Counted from the stretch's first letter, positions 12,746 to 27,881 are shown. The stretch is 64,000 nt of DNA from Octopus sinensis (GCF_006345805.1 NW_021835458.1:6670-70669); one strand, 5' to 3'. Made by a program: numbers and translations. Notes: generated by a model from the sequence alone, not told the origin.

Positions 12746-13357
12746 AAAGATGAGAGAATATAACGCTTATTCATTCCTCTAACACAAAAACATCTACGGG
12801 GAAATTTAGTAGATTTCTTCATTCAAAGACTCAATAACGTTCACTATAATATAATTGAGCGCGGTGAAAGTAAATTGAAAGGTGTGTGGATTTAATGCTC
12901 ATAAAATCAATTAGTAGCGCCATGTTTCAAGACAATAAACTACCCGGCGAAAGAGTGTTGACTCTTTACAAATGGACAGAGACATTGCTGAGTGGCTAAA
13001 AGTTTCGTTTATCAGCCATATTGTTTATTTGTTCGATACTACAGCGCTCTGGACCTTATCTACATATAATGTAGACGTGGGTTAAACATAGCATTGACAA
13101 CGGAAATCGATAGACAGGAAGACAGTGTACGAAGGCTTCTTGTATTTATACAGATTTATACAAAAGTTGAATATTGTCGAGCGAATGGAGAATGATAATT
13201 TACAAGATAAATCGTGTGATATTTAAAGTGAATATTTATCTGCGTACGTGTGTTTCAACCGCTTTGACATTTAGGCAAGGAATAAACTTACAGAGGCGTA
13301 AAACAAGAGCTGACAGGAAAAACATTCGGTATAAATGAACTGTGGGTGTAGAAAGAC

Positions 13358-13433
<76 letters not shown>

Positions 13434-13545
13434 GAAAGAAGAAAGAAAGAAAGAAAGAGGGGGTTGAAGGAAATATAGAAATATGCAAACAAAATATATC
13501 AGTGTGTGCGTGTATATGGAAAGATATACATACTACGTATATATA

Positions 13546-13578
<33 letters not shown>

Positions 13579-13700
13579 AAGAGAGACAGACAGACAGACA
13601 GACACTGGGAGACAGACAGAGAGAAGATAGGAGAGATATAAATACAGAAACATGGACCATATGTGTGTATATATAATATATATTATATATATATACATAC

Positions 13701-13751
<51 letters not shown>

Positions 13752-13871
13752 ATATTATATACATATATACATATATACATATATATGTATATATATCATA
13801 TATACATGTATATAGGCGTTTGCATAAATATATGTGCGCATGCATAAGTATGTGTTCGTGAGTGTGTGTGA

Positions 13872-13918
<47 letters not shown>

Positions 13919-14114
13919 ATGAGTGATCTTGTTCTGCTTGTATATAACTTAACGCCGATGCGTATCAGAGAAAATTGTCGGCGGAAAAGCAGATAATTGA
14001 TCCCTTTCAATAGAAACATACTATGTGATACAGAAAATCTCCTGTGAACCTTATCGCCGGAGATGCAGTGAATCGAAAATTAAGAAGTGGGACATGCTCA
14101 CATGTATATGCATA

Positions 14115-14394
14115 CATGTACACATACATACAATACATACATACATACATACTACATACAACAACATACATACACACCATACATTCATACATACATACAT
14201 ATATACATACATACATACATTCATATACATACACACATACATACATACTCACATGAACATATATACCTACATACATACATTCATACAACATACACCATAC
14301 ATCCATACCTACATACATACCTACATACATACATCCTACATACATACATACATATACATACATACATACATTCATACATACATACATATATACA

Positions 14395-14428
<34 letters not shown>

Positions 14429-14649
14429 CATACATACATACATTCATACATACATACTACATACATACATACATACATAATACTACACACATACATACAT
14501 ACTACCATACACACATACATCCATACAAACATACATACATACTACATACATACATACATATATACATACATACATACATACCTACACACATACATACATA
14601 CATACATACACACATACATACATACATACATACATACATACATACTACA

Positions 14650-14680
<31 letters not shown>
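14115..14680 (+). repeat. Degenerate (TACA)n microsatellite
   Basis: Seen directly in the sequence. Confidence 0.95.
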
Positions 14681-14681
<1 letters not shown>

Positions 14682-14875
14682 CACCGCGTTTATTGTACGA
14701 ATCAAGCACCTAATAATAATTACATACAGACACACATATAAATAAATAAATATATATATATATAATATATAAATAATATATAAATATATGCATATATATA
14801 TATATATATATATACATATATGTACATACCAACATATATATGTATATATATATGCATATATGGGTACAGGACATC

Positions 14876-15228
14876 AAAAACCTAATGAATGTATGGCTTC
14901 GCTATAAGAGGGCATTTGATTCAACTTCTCACGCATGCTACTAAGGTTTCAACTACTATCGTCAATGTCATTAAGAGGCTGACAACAATATGCCCCAGTG
15001 TTGTATCGGGAAGACATGAGACTGCTCTTATAGTCACTAATATAATAGAATCAGCCTATCAACAGGGGCATTTCAGGTTTTCATTCTCGATTCTTGTCCT
15101 GTTACTGGGCCTTTTCTCTGACCTGTAAAGGAATTACCGAGGCTACATGACAGCATCTGTAAATGAAATAAGAATTAATGTCACTCATGCTTGTTTTATT
15201 GATGATCTTAATGTATATTCGAGTAATA
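14876..15228 (+). mobile_element. R4/Dong-like non-LTR RT fragment (decayed)
   Basis: KNLMNVWLRYKRAFDSTSHA resembles WIDY.KAFDSVPH, and INVTHACFIDDLNVY resembles ITHLLFMDDLKLY. Confidence 0.65.
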
Positions 15229-15234
15229 TTAGTT

Positions 15235-16246
15235 TTAAATTTTGGCACAAGGAGAGTAATTTCGGGGTAAGGGGAAAATTGATTACATTGACCCTACTGC
15301 TCAACTGGTACTTACGTTACTGAGCTCTAAAAGATGAAAGGCAAAGTCGACCTCGACGGAATTTCAACTCAGAACATGACGACGGATGAAATACCTATTT
15401 CTTTACTACCCACAAGGGGCTAAACACAGAGGGGATGAACAAGGACAGACAAACGGATTATATCGACCCCAGTGCGTAACAGGTACTTATTTAATTGACC
15501 CCGAAAGGATGAAAGACAAAGTTGACCACGACGGAATTTCAACACAGAACGTAAAGACGAATGAAATGCCGTTAAGCATTTAGGCCACTCGGCAGCGATT
15601 CTGCTAGCTCGTCGCCTTAGACTCGGGTGGTATCTATTTCAAACTTTGACACGAGGTCAGCATTTTCGGGGAACTAGGTATGTCGATTACATCGACCCCA
15701 GAGTTCAAGTGGTACTTGTTTGCTCGACCACGAAAATGGAAGTCAAAGTCGACCTGAGTGGAATTTGAACTCGCAGCATAACCGTGGATTAAATGTCATT
15801 AAACCTTTAGCCTGACACGGAAACGATTCTTATTTCTTTATTACCACAAGGGGCTAAACACAGAGGGAACAGACAAGGACAGACAAAGGGATTAAGTCGA
15901 TTACATCGACCCCAGTGCGTAACTGGTACTTAATTTATCGACCCCGAAAGGATGAAAGGCAAAGTCGACCTCGGCGGAATTTGAACTCAGAACGTAGCGG
16001 CAGTCGAAATACCTATTTCTTTACTACCCACAAGGGGCTAAACACAGAGGGGACAAACAAGGGCAGACAAACGGATTAAGTCGATTACATCGACCCCAGT
16101 GCGTAACTGGTACTTAATTTATCGACCCCGAAAGGATAAAAGGCAAAATCGACCTCGGCGGAATTTGAACTCACAACGTAACGGCAGTCGAAATACCGCT
16201 AAGCATTTCGCCCGGCGTGCTAACGTTTCTGCCAGCTCGCCGCCTT
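15235..16246 (-). mobile_element. Cluster of SINE family B copies (older copies plus a young dimer at about 15830-16246)
   Basis: Repeated gtcgacctcggcggaatttgaactcagaacgta and gaccccgaaaggatgaaaggcaaa motifs. Confidence 0.85.
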
Positions 16247-16926
16247 ATATTCGAAACAGTTAGAACTAGTCCTAACATTTGTGCAGGACATAGGAGTGGA
16301 GTTTGGACAAAGATTCAATATAAGAGATCATACTTGATAGTTAAGGAGGAAAAATTTTCGACCAATCAAAGAACGGAGATATCAGTATCTTGCCTCTCTC
16401 TTCCCTGTCACTAATAGTAAATATTACAAATATCTCGGAATCGAAGAAAATATTGCATATAAACTGAAATACCAGACTAAATAAGTACTGAGGCCGGTAT
16501 AACTAAATAAACACGTCAAAGCTGTGCTCCAGTATGGACACAGTCCAAAACCTGAAAATAGAAGAGTAGTGGAATATGTGTATATAAATTTAAATTGGAG
16601 AATATATAAGTATAATGAGAGTAAAAGAACTGCCATTAGGGCTGGAGGGAGGCTTAAATGACCCTTAGAACTGTAAGTCATATTTTCGGCAGTCAAATTT
16701 GATGTAGGAATCTTGCAGTCTGACAGTTGTCAGGGCTACAACTCATATGAAATAACTGTCGATCTGATGTAGTCCTTGACCTTAAGAAATTAAATGAATC
16801 CCCCCGATTATTCATAGATGAAGAAAGGCCTGTCAGATTGTCCAAGAGAATTATTGTCCTCATCAACAACATATGTTAGTGTAAGTTTGTGTGTATACGA
16901 TTGTGGGAAGGTATAGTAATAGTTTT

Positions 16927-16990
<64 letters not shown>

Positions 16991-18307
16991 TGCGCACATA
17001 TATTCATACACGCAGATGCCCAAAGACACACACTAACAAATATATATACATATTATATATATATATATTATATATATATATATATGTATGTATATATATA
17101 TACATATATATATATAAATACATCTATATACATAGATATAAATACATATATACATATATATATATACATCATATATACATATATATACGTATATATAGAC
17201 ACATACATATAGACACATACATATATAGGCCTATATATATAAACACACGCATACATATATCTATGTATGTATGTATATATATATATATATATTCATATAT
17301 ATATATATATACATTATACGTAGATGAATATATTTACTCAATGCATTCATATGTATATATATGTGTGTGTGTATGTGTGTATAAATGTATGTATGCATGA
17401 ATGCAAGCATGTATGTATGCATGGATGCATGTATATATGTATGTATGCATGCATGTATGAATATTTATGTATGTATGAGGTTAAAAATTCAATTACAAAT
17501 CACAACTTGAAGCCTGGATGTCTCTTGATAACTTCTGACTCAACAATGCAAATACTAATTTATTTGTAAATATAAAAGCTGTCAAACTCATATGTCTGGT
17601 TGTGACTTTCCACCACACACACACACACACTCTCACCCTTTCACACACACACACTCATACCTGTACGCGTGCGCATACACACACATACACAGACACACGC
17701 ACTATACATACTAACATTCATACACACGTAAAGACAATTTCTAGCGACCAGGTTAGGTATACATACCTGCAACAAACAGAATATCAAATGTTTACTTCCC
17801 ACAAACATACACACATCATGCGTATATGCAATTTCATTTTGCACACACACAAAAACACACACATATACACATACATAGAGCTGCTCAACACACTGATGCA
17901 AATTCATGCTTACACAAAGAACAAAAGCTTGAATCAGTTTTCGTAGCTAGACATGTTATATAACTAATTAACTTGAACAATATAAAACAAGCAATTTATT
18001 TCAAGTTACTTTTTATAGATTAGATTTTATCGATTACAGAATACAAAGAAACGATATGGAATCATTTTATTAGTATAATAACTAAATTAATATCATTCTC
18101 AATAATATTCAATATTAAATGTGTGAAAGTCACAAAAGCAACCAGCGCTTTGAACTGAGGCGACCACCAGAAACTTCTCGTCTACATAACCAGACTGAAC
18201 ATTGAATAGCTTACAACGTGTCCAGACTAACAGTGAAATTCATGTGATTGACATAAATTCAGTTTTTGGAATGAATAAAGTTGCTCTCAGCTTAAGAAAG
18301 TATTATA

Positions 18308-18500
18308 CGAGGGCGGTGCTGAAGAGTTCCAGGTTTTAAGGTTATCGTGAAAGGCTTTGATAGACGCCCAGCCTCCAGAGTTCTTTAACAGGACTTAGAA
18401 AAATTGAACGACCGTTGCAATAAGTGTGTGTGAATCTGAGAGGGGAATATGGTGAATAAAATCATAATTAACTGATCCTCATGTATTTTCTTTTACGGAA
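18308..18500 (+). mobile_element. Internally deleted mariner remnant
   Basis: Starts TA|CGAGGG. Encodes the mariner C-terminus-like QPPEFF..GLRKIERPLQ / KCV..LRGEYGE* (cf. FY..GI.KL..RW.KC...GEYVE). Confidence 0.5.
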
Positions 18501-18710
18501 AGTAAGTATTAAGGTGGATTTATGCACTAAACCGTTGAAGGTCGTGCTGTAGCTTGGCCGCAGTAGAATGGCGGCAATGAATAAAACATAAAGGATAAAA
18601 CATATGCATGGATACAAATACCAATACATGATTTCGATTGTGCGTATCATTTATGACAAGATAATTACATAGGTGCTTATATCGACACACTTCGCGAACA
18701 AACATCCATG

Positions 18711-18800
<90 letters not shown>

Positions 18801-19144
18801 TATATATATATATATAATACAAAATGGGACAAGAACGCAAAACATCCGGAGAGTTAGGTGATACAAAAATGGGACAACAGAACATCCAGATAGACGATGC
18901 AAAGTAAAATAAGGACGGCTCATTCGAAGTTTTCTTTCCTCAGTCAAGTACCAGATTATCTTCGCAATTTCGGCTGATTATACTTGAGATTGCTCCAATT
19001 TGGCCAGCCCAAAGGACAAACTAAGCTAAGAGCATTAGATTCCTTGGAAGAAAACAACAAGTGTATACAAAAACAAGGAAGGAAAAGACGGACAATGTTA
19101 CAAAAATACAATAAAAATAATAACAGGACATAACAACAGGTGTC

Positions 19145-19193
<49 letters not shown>

Positions 19194-20868
19194 AAGAGAC
19201 ATAAGCAAGACTCATATATCTATGCGATAAAAAATAATTGTCAGTGAGAAATTAGTGTCAATGACTCAACGTAACATCAGATATATTTAGAAATACATCG
19301 GTTTTTGACAAGAAAATATATTTATGGAGTTGTTAATTTATTTACAAATCATGTTTATGACAAAATTTATTAGAGGCGTGGCTAGTGATTTTATATCACA
19401 GTCAATGGTATTTAGCTACGTTATAAAATTCACTTTGTTTTGTACACCTACACAATTCCAAATAAATCTTCCAATTTGCTTTGTCTAGCATTCGCTGTGA
19501 GCTTTGGCTTAACCCCTGAACTTATAGTAGAAACGGAATAGTGCAGGCGACAACAATCTATCATTTTTTTAAATGGTTACCGCTACGATGTTACATCCGC
19601 CATTGCATACGAATTTTGACTCTGTCTACCGTGATTGTTTGACATGATAAAAGCAGCGGATAAATATTCCGAAATCATTACCTCTCATCTTAAATCAAGA
19701 AAGATTCGTCGCAAAATACATTTGTGATTATTCAAAAGACAGCAGGCTAAAAAAGACTGGAATGGCATCAATCAGTAAGTCTGACTTGCCAAAGTTGAGG
19801 TGGTGGTAAATATCAACAAGAATAAAAACTGAATAGGAATCCAGTAAGCAGATGTTCGTTCTTAGACAAATATCAATCAGCCAGGTCTTCGAATGTCACC
19901 ACTGACTGAACTGACCTATGATCAACCACAATCATCCCGTCTTTCTATGTGCCAGAAACTTAATTCCTTGAATTCGTCCTTAAAACAAGATAGTGTCGTT
20001 TTAGAGAGATCAGGAACATAGCATTTTCACACTGAGCAATCACATGGATGTTGTCTCGTTCTCTTTACACCGAAACTGTCAAACTAGGAAAAAACTTTCG
20101 GAAAAGAATTTATTCTTGACTAACGATCAACGTTGTACGCTGTCGATCCGAAGCATTACCGAGAACTATATTTTATCAACCTCTCACCAACTAACCCATA
20201 CTCACCTCCATCACAGCGTTCTACCTTGAATTGATTTTCACCGGTCAACTCTGTCTCAACGAAATAGGGTCCGAAAACTTGATTCCCTTTTCCCAGACAC
20301 ATAAACTACTCGTGTATCTCACAATTCTTTCTTCATTTATTTACCCTACTTTTCGGTCAGATTCATCCTACCCCAAACATCTTATATTATATTCCAGTAC
20401 CATGACATTTTCCTGTTCTATTTTGTTATCCATAACCCTTCGTCTCCAGTAATATTCTTAAAGCCGGTCATAAAACCGAGTTTCAAGTCACCGACCGCTT
20501 TGATTAGATCTCTTCCGTCTTTATTTACTGCATTACTTGTAAGTTATTTAAATCTCTAAACGATAGTTGAATAGAATATCGATTAGCTTTCCGGTTTCCA
20601 AAATTAGTCACGGAAGTGTTCCATAATTTCCTGGAAACCGCGAAATCCTCACAACACTTTACGGTTAACTCTCACTGCTCTAATACTAATAGGACTATAT
20701 AGGAAAATAAATTGCTTTTGAGAGAGGATAATTTCCATGCGATAAATCCATGTAATAACTCATAATACTGAAAAGGATAATAACACATTTATCTTGTCTG
20801 AAGGTGCTGGCTTCGCTGCTGGCTTCGCTGCTGGCTTCGCTGCTTCTCACGTCCAATATTTCTAATAA

Positions 20869-23157
20869 CACCGCTCAACAAAATTAAATGTATTATACTG
20901 ATTATGAATGCTAACCAACTCTTTTATAATACTTTTTCGTGCTGGTTTCAAAATGTCATTCCATTTGTATGCAGCACATATCAGTTTTTCTGTAGATACA
21001 TGCAAATATTTACATATTTGTATATATGAAATCATTAACGTAATAAATTAGGAATATTATTTTCTATAAATCAAATGAGTTTATTGAGATAAAAATCATC
21101 ACTATCATTGTAGAAAGAGTGAATACACAAAACATGGGTCAGACGAAACAAAGTTAGAAAAACAGAGTTAGAAACATTGTGATTTGGATATCCTGCGGTG
21201 TTCTTGATCTGGTTGATCACGGTAAAGTGTCCAGCAATAGTCAACCAGCATACTGTCATTCCAGAAGCCTTGGTACCGTTTCTCTATAGCACTAATGTCC
21301 GGGTGAAATGTTTTACCATGTTCATCAGACAGTGCTCCAGGGTTATCTGCGAAGAAATCCAGATGGGAGTCCAAGAAGTGAACTTTCAGTGCCATGCGAT
21401 AACCCATTGCTGAATAACATTTCAAAAGACTCTTGATGCCATCCTTGTAGTCCATTGCCTTCTTGTTGCCCAAGAAATTCTCACAGATCCAAATGAAAGT
21501 ATTCCAGGACAGCAGTTCGAGTTCATCCAGAGTTGTCTTGGAATTCACATCTTTGAGTATTTCTCTAATTTGGGGAACGACAAAGATAACCTCTTTCAGC
21601 TTCGTCTGAGTGATTTTGAGAAGCTTTTCTATGATATACTCAAACCCTCTGGCATTTCTCTTCCCTAGGCTCTTTACAAACTGCTTCATCAGTCCAAGCT
21701 TTATGTGCAAAGGAGGCAATAGGACTTTACACGGATCTACAAAGGGCGTATTCATGAGTTAGACAGTCTTGGCTGGTATGATGTTCTTGTCTGCCAATTT
21801 GATTCCGAATAATGTCTGTCCGTTGACCGACTATCTCATAGACACAAGAAACAACAGTATTTTGTGAAATCTGACTGCATTCCTATCAAAATTCAATGAC
21901 TTTTAAATCTCCACATTTTCCATGAGTATCTTTGATAGACAATGAATTATATTCTCATATAATTCATAAGGATGGACGGAGTGTGCAATAGGAATTGGAT
22001 CGCTTCAAATTACCATTATGGAGAAGTACAGCTTTTAAACTTCATTTTGAAGATCCAATAAACAAACGCCATTCTGCAGGATCATGATTTTGTGATAAAC
22101 ATTCGAAAAGTCCATCGATGTTACTGCAAAAGCAAAGCGTGTCGTCAACAAAAACACGTTTGTAGAACCAAATCTCTTTGCCGAAAATAAATTATACGAA
22201 CACCGTACTCTAGAAGATATTTCTCCTTCAGTCTTGATGCCAACTGTTCTGCTTTATCTTTTGAGGGATAAGTTTCTGACAAGATCATTCAGTTCAGCTT
22301 GGGAAAATTTCTGAGGTTCAAAGCTATCGCCATCAGCCACGTAATCTTTCTCAGTAGTACCATGCTGACAGTCAGCATCATCATCTGATGTCTGAATACC
22401 ATCATCTGGTGGAACTGGAATTGGCAGACTTCCATTGTGAGGCGCAGGTCTCAATGCAGAATCCAAATCCGGATACACAATTTTGTGTTTATCTTTCATA
22501 GAAAATCCTGTGACATACTTTGCGAATATAAGTCATTGAAATACTCTTTCGACTTCCTCCATATCACTGGAATGGTAAAAAGGTATGGACTTATCATTAC
22601 TGAACCAGTAACATAAGCCATTTGAGAAAGCTGAGCAGCAGACCAAATGAGGTCCCCATAACTTGTCCTGACCTCCAAGAAGACAGTCAAAGTATAGTTT
22701 ATAAATATTCTTGATCTCTGGTGTAATTGTACGTTTTTGGGCTTTCACAATAAATTGTCCACAGACATAACAAAACCCATCAGGACGATTTCTACGCTGT
22801 CTTGACATTGCTAATACTGTAATACAATTAAGGAAATAGATTCAAACGGTTAGAGTTATATTGAATTTGAGGTGATGAAATATTTCATCAGACCAAGTAT
22901 GACTGGACAATTTGATATGTTGAAATACCTATTTCATCAGAGAAAACTTGATTGATCAAATATTGCACCTGAACTGTGCAGCAATGAATAATGTAGTTTA
23001 TCTTAAAGGTATGTTTCCATGATGTTTATGAAATACATACGTACATATCATTAATTAGAATTTCTATATAATGCGTGAGCTAAAACCAAAAATACTTTCT
23101 CATCGGCATGAAAAACTACACCAAGTACAATCGATGAAAATTACTTGTTGACCAGTG
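20869..23157 (-). mobile_element. Chapaev3-type (CMC superfamily) DNA transposon, full-length but decayed
   Basis: Termini CACCGCTCAACAA and TTGTTGACCAGTG (imperfect TIR), with TAA on both sides (20866-20868 and 23158-23160). A fragmented transposase lies inside. Confidence 0.75.
21168..22808 (-). pseudogene. Frameshifted transposase
   Basis: MSRQRRNRPDGFCYVCGQF..WGPHLVC, YPDLDSALRPAPH..FSQAELNDLVRNL and LLPPLHIKLGLMKQFVK..HFLDSHLDFF..SDEHGKTFHPDI..EKRYQG.WN..ML.DYCW, spread over several frames. Confidence 0.85.
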
Positions 23158-24304
23158 TAATATGGATCCAGAAAAATCATCCGTGCGTTAAGATGTTATG
23201 CTTTCTTGAACATCCTGTCATTCTGCCCCTGGTTAAGGCCGAGTAGATATGCATACATATCGAAGTACTTAAAGAAACATTCGAAGACCACTATTCCTGT
23301 AAATTTATGCTCATCGATGTCTACACATCTAAATTTAGTAACCTGTCCTATTTGAAAATATGAGACGCACCCGAAGTGAACTCAAACAACATTTTTGTGC
23401 AGTTCCTACTCTGTATATGGCCGCGCTGGTCGGGAAAATAGGGCAGTGAGAGAGAAATATATACGTTAGTCTCGAAGAAGGGAGCTTAAAACGATCTTTA
23501 TGATTGAATGTGTGATCTTTAAACGATGCCTCTAGAAATGCTTCTGTCCGTTGTTGACCTCATTGATCCCAGATCATTTGGGAAATTATCAGTCTTCGAA
23601 TTCACGGGAAGTTTTCACTTTTTCTCTTCAATCCCACATCATTGTTTTTATGTTTTGTGCAAACCACCCTCTATGCGATTTTTTCTTGTTTTTTTTTCTT
23701 TTTACATCAAAGTTTTATGTCGTTAAATTTAATTATTGTCATTGTTGAAATTACGGGAGTAAGTGTTCTTGACGATGTTAGGATAAATGTGTTGCTGGCA
23801 AAACTGAATGATTTGTGAGCTTTTTATGGTCTCGTCTACTTTTCAAATCACTTTTTTTTCTACATGTGGCGACCGGCAATCCTTTAATTTGTTGCTGCAT
23901 ATTTGTTGCCTTTATATTCGTTCCTGTGACGTGGTCCACCTTTGTCAATTGACGGAGGTTGGTAGGAGCTTGCGTGATATATATGTTTGTGAATGTTTGC
24001 AAAATTTCTGATTTTACAGGTGGTGTTTTTCTAATGGAAAAGACTCCCTTCCAGAGATTCTTACTTTCCATATCTTAAGAGCGGCTTGGTGCCTTGCATT
24101 TGTTGACGTTGCTGCTTTCTTTTGCAATACTTGTTGCTCATATTCTACAGCTCCTCTCTTTGGTTTGTTGCTAATGTTACATCTGTGATTCCTGTTCATG
24201 TGGTTAGCAAGTATAGAGCAAAGGAATGCTTTTGTCTTCAGATGGTTCATCCTACTGAATGTGTAGCATCTGGGTGCCCTGCTGTCAACCACAATAATTA
24301 TTAC

Positions 24305-24537
24305 CTATTTCTTTATTACCCACAAGGGGCTAAACACAGAGGGGACAAACAAGGACAGACAAAGGGATTAAGTCGATTATATCGACCCCAGTGCGTAACT
24401 GGTGCTTAATTTATCGACCCCGAAAGGATGAAAGGCAAAGTCGACCTCGGCGGAATTTGAACTCACAACGTAACGGCAGACGAAATACTGCAAAGCATTT
24501 CGCCCGGCGTGCTAACGCTTCTGCCAGCTCGCCGCCT
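24305..24537 (-). mobile_element. SINE family B monomer with TSD aattattacc
   Basis: Full head-to-tail copy. aattattacc occurs on both flanks. Confidence 0.88.
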
Positions 24538-24859
24538 TAACAATTATTACCGTTCTATCCTCCCAATAGATGAAGTTGGGTACCTTTTTCATGTTCCCCG
24601 ACACGAGCAGTATCTACAAATTTATTCTTCATTTTGACTTGCTTTTTCTGGGAAGAAATTTCGACCTTACAATTTTTCCGTTTTCCTCCAAGACCAAAAA
24701 CTGTTTTATTCAGAAACAAGTGAAGATATGGTCATGCGTTTATATATTACATTTTTACACAACTTCACTAATGAAGTGATTTTGTATGCAAAGATGAAAT
24801 AAATAACGGCAGTAAATCTTACATCGGCTCAACTTCTATTAAAAAAAACAATTTTTTAT

Positions 24860-25280
24860 AGGCGCAGGAGTGGCTGTGTGGTAAGTAGCCTGTCTACCAA
24901 CCACATGATTCCGGGTTCAGTCCCACTGCGTGGCACCTTGGGCAAGTGTCTTCTACTATAGCCTCGGACCGACCAAAGCCTTGTGAGTGGATTTGGTAGA
25001 CGGAAACTGAAAGAAGCCCGTCGTATATATGTATATATATATATATATATGCATGTGTGTGTTTGTGTGTCTGTGTTTGTCCCTCTAGCATTGGTTGACA
25101 ACCGATGCTGGTGTGTTTATGTCCCTGTCACTTAGCGGTTCGGCAAAAGAGACCGATAGAATAAGTACTGGGCCTACAAAAGAATAAGTTCCGGGGTCGA
25201 TTTGCTCGACTAAAAGGCGGTGCTCCAGCATGGCCGCAGTCAAATGACTGAAACAAGTAAAAGAGAAAAATAGGAAAAGA
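24860..25280 (+). mobile_element. SINE family A, full length
   Basis: Similar to the other family A copies. Confidence 0.88.
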
Positions 25281-25823
25281 GTAATTTACCGCGCATAAAC
25301 ATACCTTTAGACACATCAAAGTAATGCATGCAACATTTTAACAAACATTTGTGGTCTTTAAATTCATAGGAAATAGAATTATATTTGAATGGCATTTCAT
25401 ACGTATTGCTTGTCAATAAAGGGGATAAGGTGGAGTGGACATTATGTGCATTAAACAGTAAAAGGAAATTACTGTTCCATGTATCCACAAAAATAAATAA
25501 AGTATCTGGAAGCTTTCAACTTCTACAAGCCCGAGAATAGTTAAATTTAACAATACTAAATAAAAATTTCAAACCGGTAATAAAATATTGTATTCTTCAG
25601 AAAAAACATTTAACTAGTCTAAAAGTACATTAAATGACCTGGGGAAAACTATATATTTATAGTGCAACAAATTTACGATAGCTACGTAAAGTAGCATCCT
25701 GGTCTATATCTGCCTATTTCGGATGAACGAATATTGTAACTATTCTCTTAATATCAAGAGCTATTTAGTAATACGAGTATTAGAAAATACAGCACAGCGT
25801 GTAGGTGTATTTGTTTGTATGTG

Positions 25824-25916
<93 letters not shown>

Positions 25917-25917
25917 A

Positions 25918-26257
25918 GGGTAAAGACCCCCTTCGGTCATGAATGACCATGGGATTGCACCTAGAAAGTTATCCTCCTAGACACAAGTCCGGGCAAGGTT
26001 GTTTATGGAAGGCCAGCAGTCGCCCATGCATACCAGCCTCCCCTCTCCACGCCACCAGTGTTATCCAAGGGAAAGACAAAGGTCGATACAGCTTGGCACT
26101 AGTGACATCGCAACTCATTTCTACAGCTGAGTGAACTGGAGCAACGTGAAATAAAGTGCCTTGCTCGAGAACACACACGCAGCCCGGTCCGGGATTCGAG
26201 CTCACAACCTCACGATCGTAAGCTCGACGCTCTAACCACTGAGCCATGCGCCTTCAC
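25918..26257 (-). mobile_element. tRNA-derived SINE family D, full length
   Basis: Head ggcgcatggctcagtggttagagcg..gctcgaatccc (A and B boxes), central gagcaaggcactttatttcacgttgctccagttcactcagctg, and a hairpin tail. Confidence 0.85.
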
Positions 26258-26270
26258 ATATATATATATA

Positions 26271-26520
26271 GGCGCAGGAGTGGCTATGTGGTAAGTAGCT
26301 TGCTTAACAACCACATGGTTCCGGGTTCAGTCCCACTGCGTGGCACCTTGGATGAGTGTCTTTTACCATGGCCCCTCGTGCCGACCAAAGCCTTGTGAGT
26401 GAATTTGGAAGACGGAAACTGAAAGAAGCCTGTCGTATATATGTATATATATGTGTGTGTGTTTGTGTGTCTGTGTTTGTCTCTCCCAACATCGCTTGAC
26501 AACCGATGCTGATGTGTTTA
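26271..26520 (+). mobile_element. SINE family A, 3'-truncated
   Basis: Runs from the head through the internal microsatellite. Confidence 0.85.
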
Positions 26521-26660
26521 CTACTACTACTACTATTACCACTATTAACAGTTGTTCGGCTAACCAAGACAACAGTGAAAATACTGTCACATCTTCTTAG
26601 ATTGAACTATTAAGACTTTGCAGTTGAGCCACGTCGGACCCTAATTGCTTTAGACAAAGT

Positions 26661-26979
26661 CGTGAAATTAACGTGTAAGTGGCTGAGCACTCCACAGACA
26701 CGTGTACCCTTAACGTAGTTCTCGGGGATATTCAGCGTGACACAGAGAGTGACAAGGCCGGCCCTTTGAAATACAGGTACAACAGAAACAGGAAGTAAGA
26801 GTGAGAGAAAGTTGTGGTGAAAGAGTACAGCAGGGATCACCACCATCCCCTGCCGGAGCCTCGTGGAGCTTTAGGTGTTTTCGCTCAATAAATACTCACA
26901 ACGCCCGGTCTGGGAATCGGGACCGCGATCCTACGACCGTGAGTCCGCTGCCCTAACCACTGGGCCATTGCGCCTCCAC
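26661..26979 (-). mobile_element. tRNA-derived SINE family C
   Basis: Head gtggaggcgcaatggcccagtggttagggc. Near-identical to 35088-35472. Confidence 0.85.
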
Positions 26980-27544
26980 TAATAAGCAGAAACGAAAGAG
27001 TAAATAATTCAGAATATTTCAACCTAAACTGAACTTACATCGTAGAATTATTAGGTGTCTAAGACATATATAAGAATGTTTGAAACTTTAGTTTTAAGTA
27101 GGTGACATCTGGTGTATAACACGCGTGGGTAGTTCATTTGAATTAATCTTCTAAAGCCGTGTGGTGTTTTCTGCTAAAACGAAAATAGCTTTACAGAAAA
27201 CTATTCGCCCAGGGTTAGTCGAATTTGGAGAGAGAAATGCAGTAATTTAATTTCATATGATTACATTTTTCCAACATTATTTAATTATATAATGTAGGCT
27301 ACGAAAGTATTCGATAGCTGAAACAAAATGCTATGGAAGAAAGAGTAGCGAAAGAAGAAATAAATGCAAGGAATCATAGGAACAGACTATAAATAGTGGA
27401 ACATCAACAACAAATGGAGTAAATAGCCATGAGCAAGTTGAAGGCAATTGCTGCGCAAAGTTTGCGGCTACTTGCAGGTAATTACCGACACCTGTAATTC
27501 GCCGGATAATTTCAGTCGCTAGTCACGAGTAAAGGAATTCAGTG

Positions 27545-27597
<53 letters not shown>

Positions 27598-27620
27598 TAT
27601 GTATGTATGTATATATATAT

Positions 27621-27663
<43 letters not shown>

Positions 27664-27673
27664 TATATATATA

Positions 27674-27838
27674 GGCGCAGGAGTGGCTGTTTGGTAAGTA
27701 GCTTGCTAACCAACCACATGGTTCCGGGTTCAGTCCCACTGCGTGGCATCTTGGGCAAGTGTCTTCTGCTATAGCCCCGGGCCGACCAATGCCTTGTGAG
27801 TGGATTTGGTAGACGGAAACTGAAAGAAGCCCGTCGTA

Positions 27839-27881
<43 letters not shown>

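Noticed and set aside
18820-19145. Possible hammerhead on the minus strand (CUGAGGA-aag aaaa cuuc-GAAU..GUC) in a repeat-like block between microsatellites
   Set aside because: GAAA is absent and there is no convincing stem I or III. It may still be a PLE-type terminal repeat.
20130-20330. Possible very old PLE RT remnant (..ILSTS..NLIPFSQ..), and a GIY-YIG-like trace near 6070-6140
   Set aside because: Only a few matching residues, too degenerate to call without a profile search.
23778-24292. Overlapping minus-strand ORFs in unique-looking sequence
   Set aside because: No recognisable domain or splice context.
26180-26257. tRNA gene
   Set aside because: The A/B boxes belong to a SINE head that continues into a SINE body, and no complete acceptor stem is evident.
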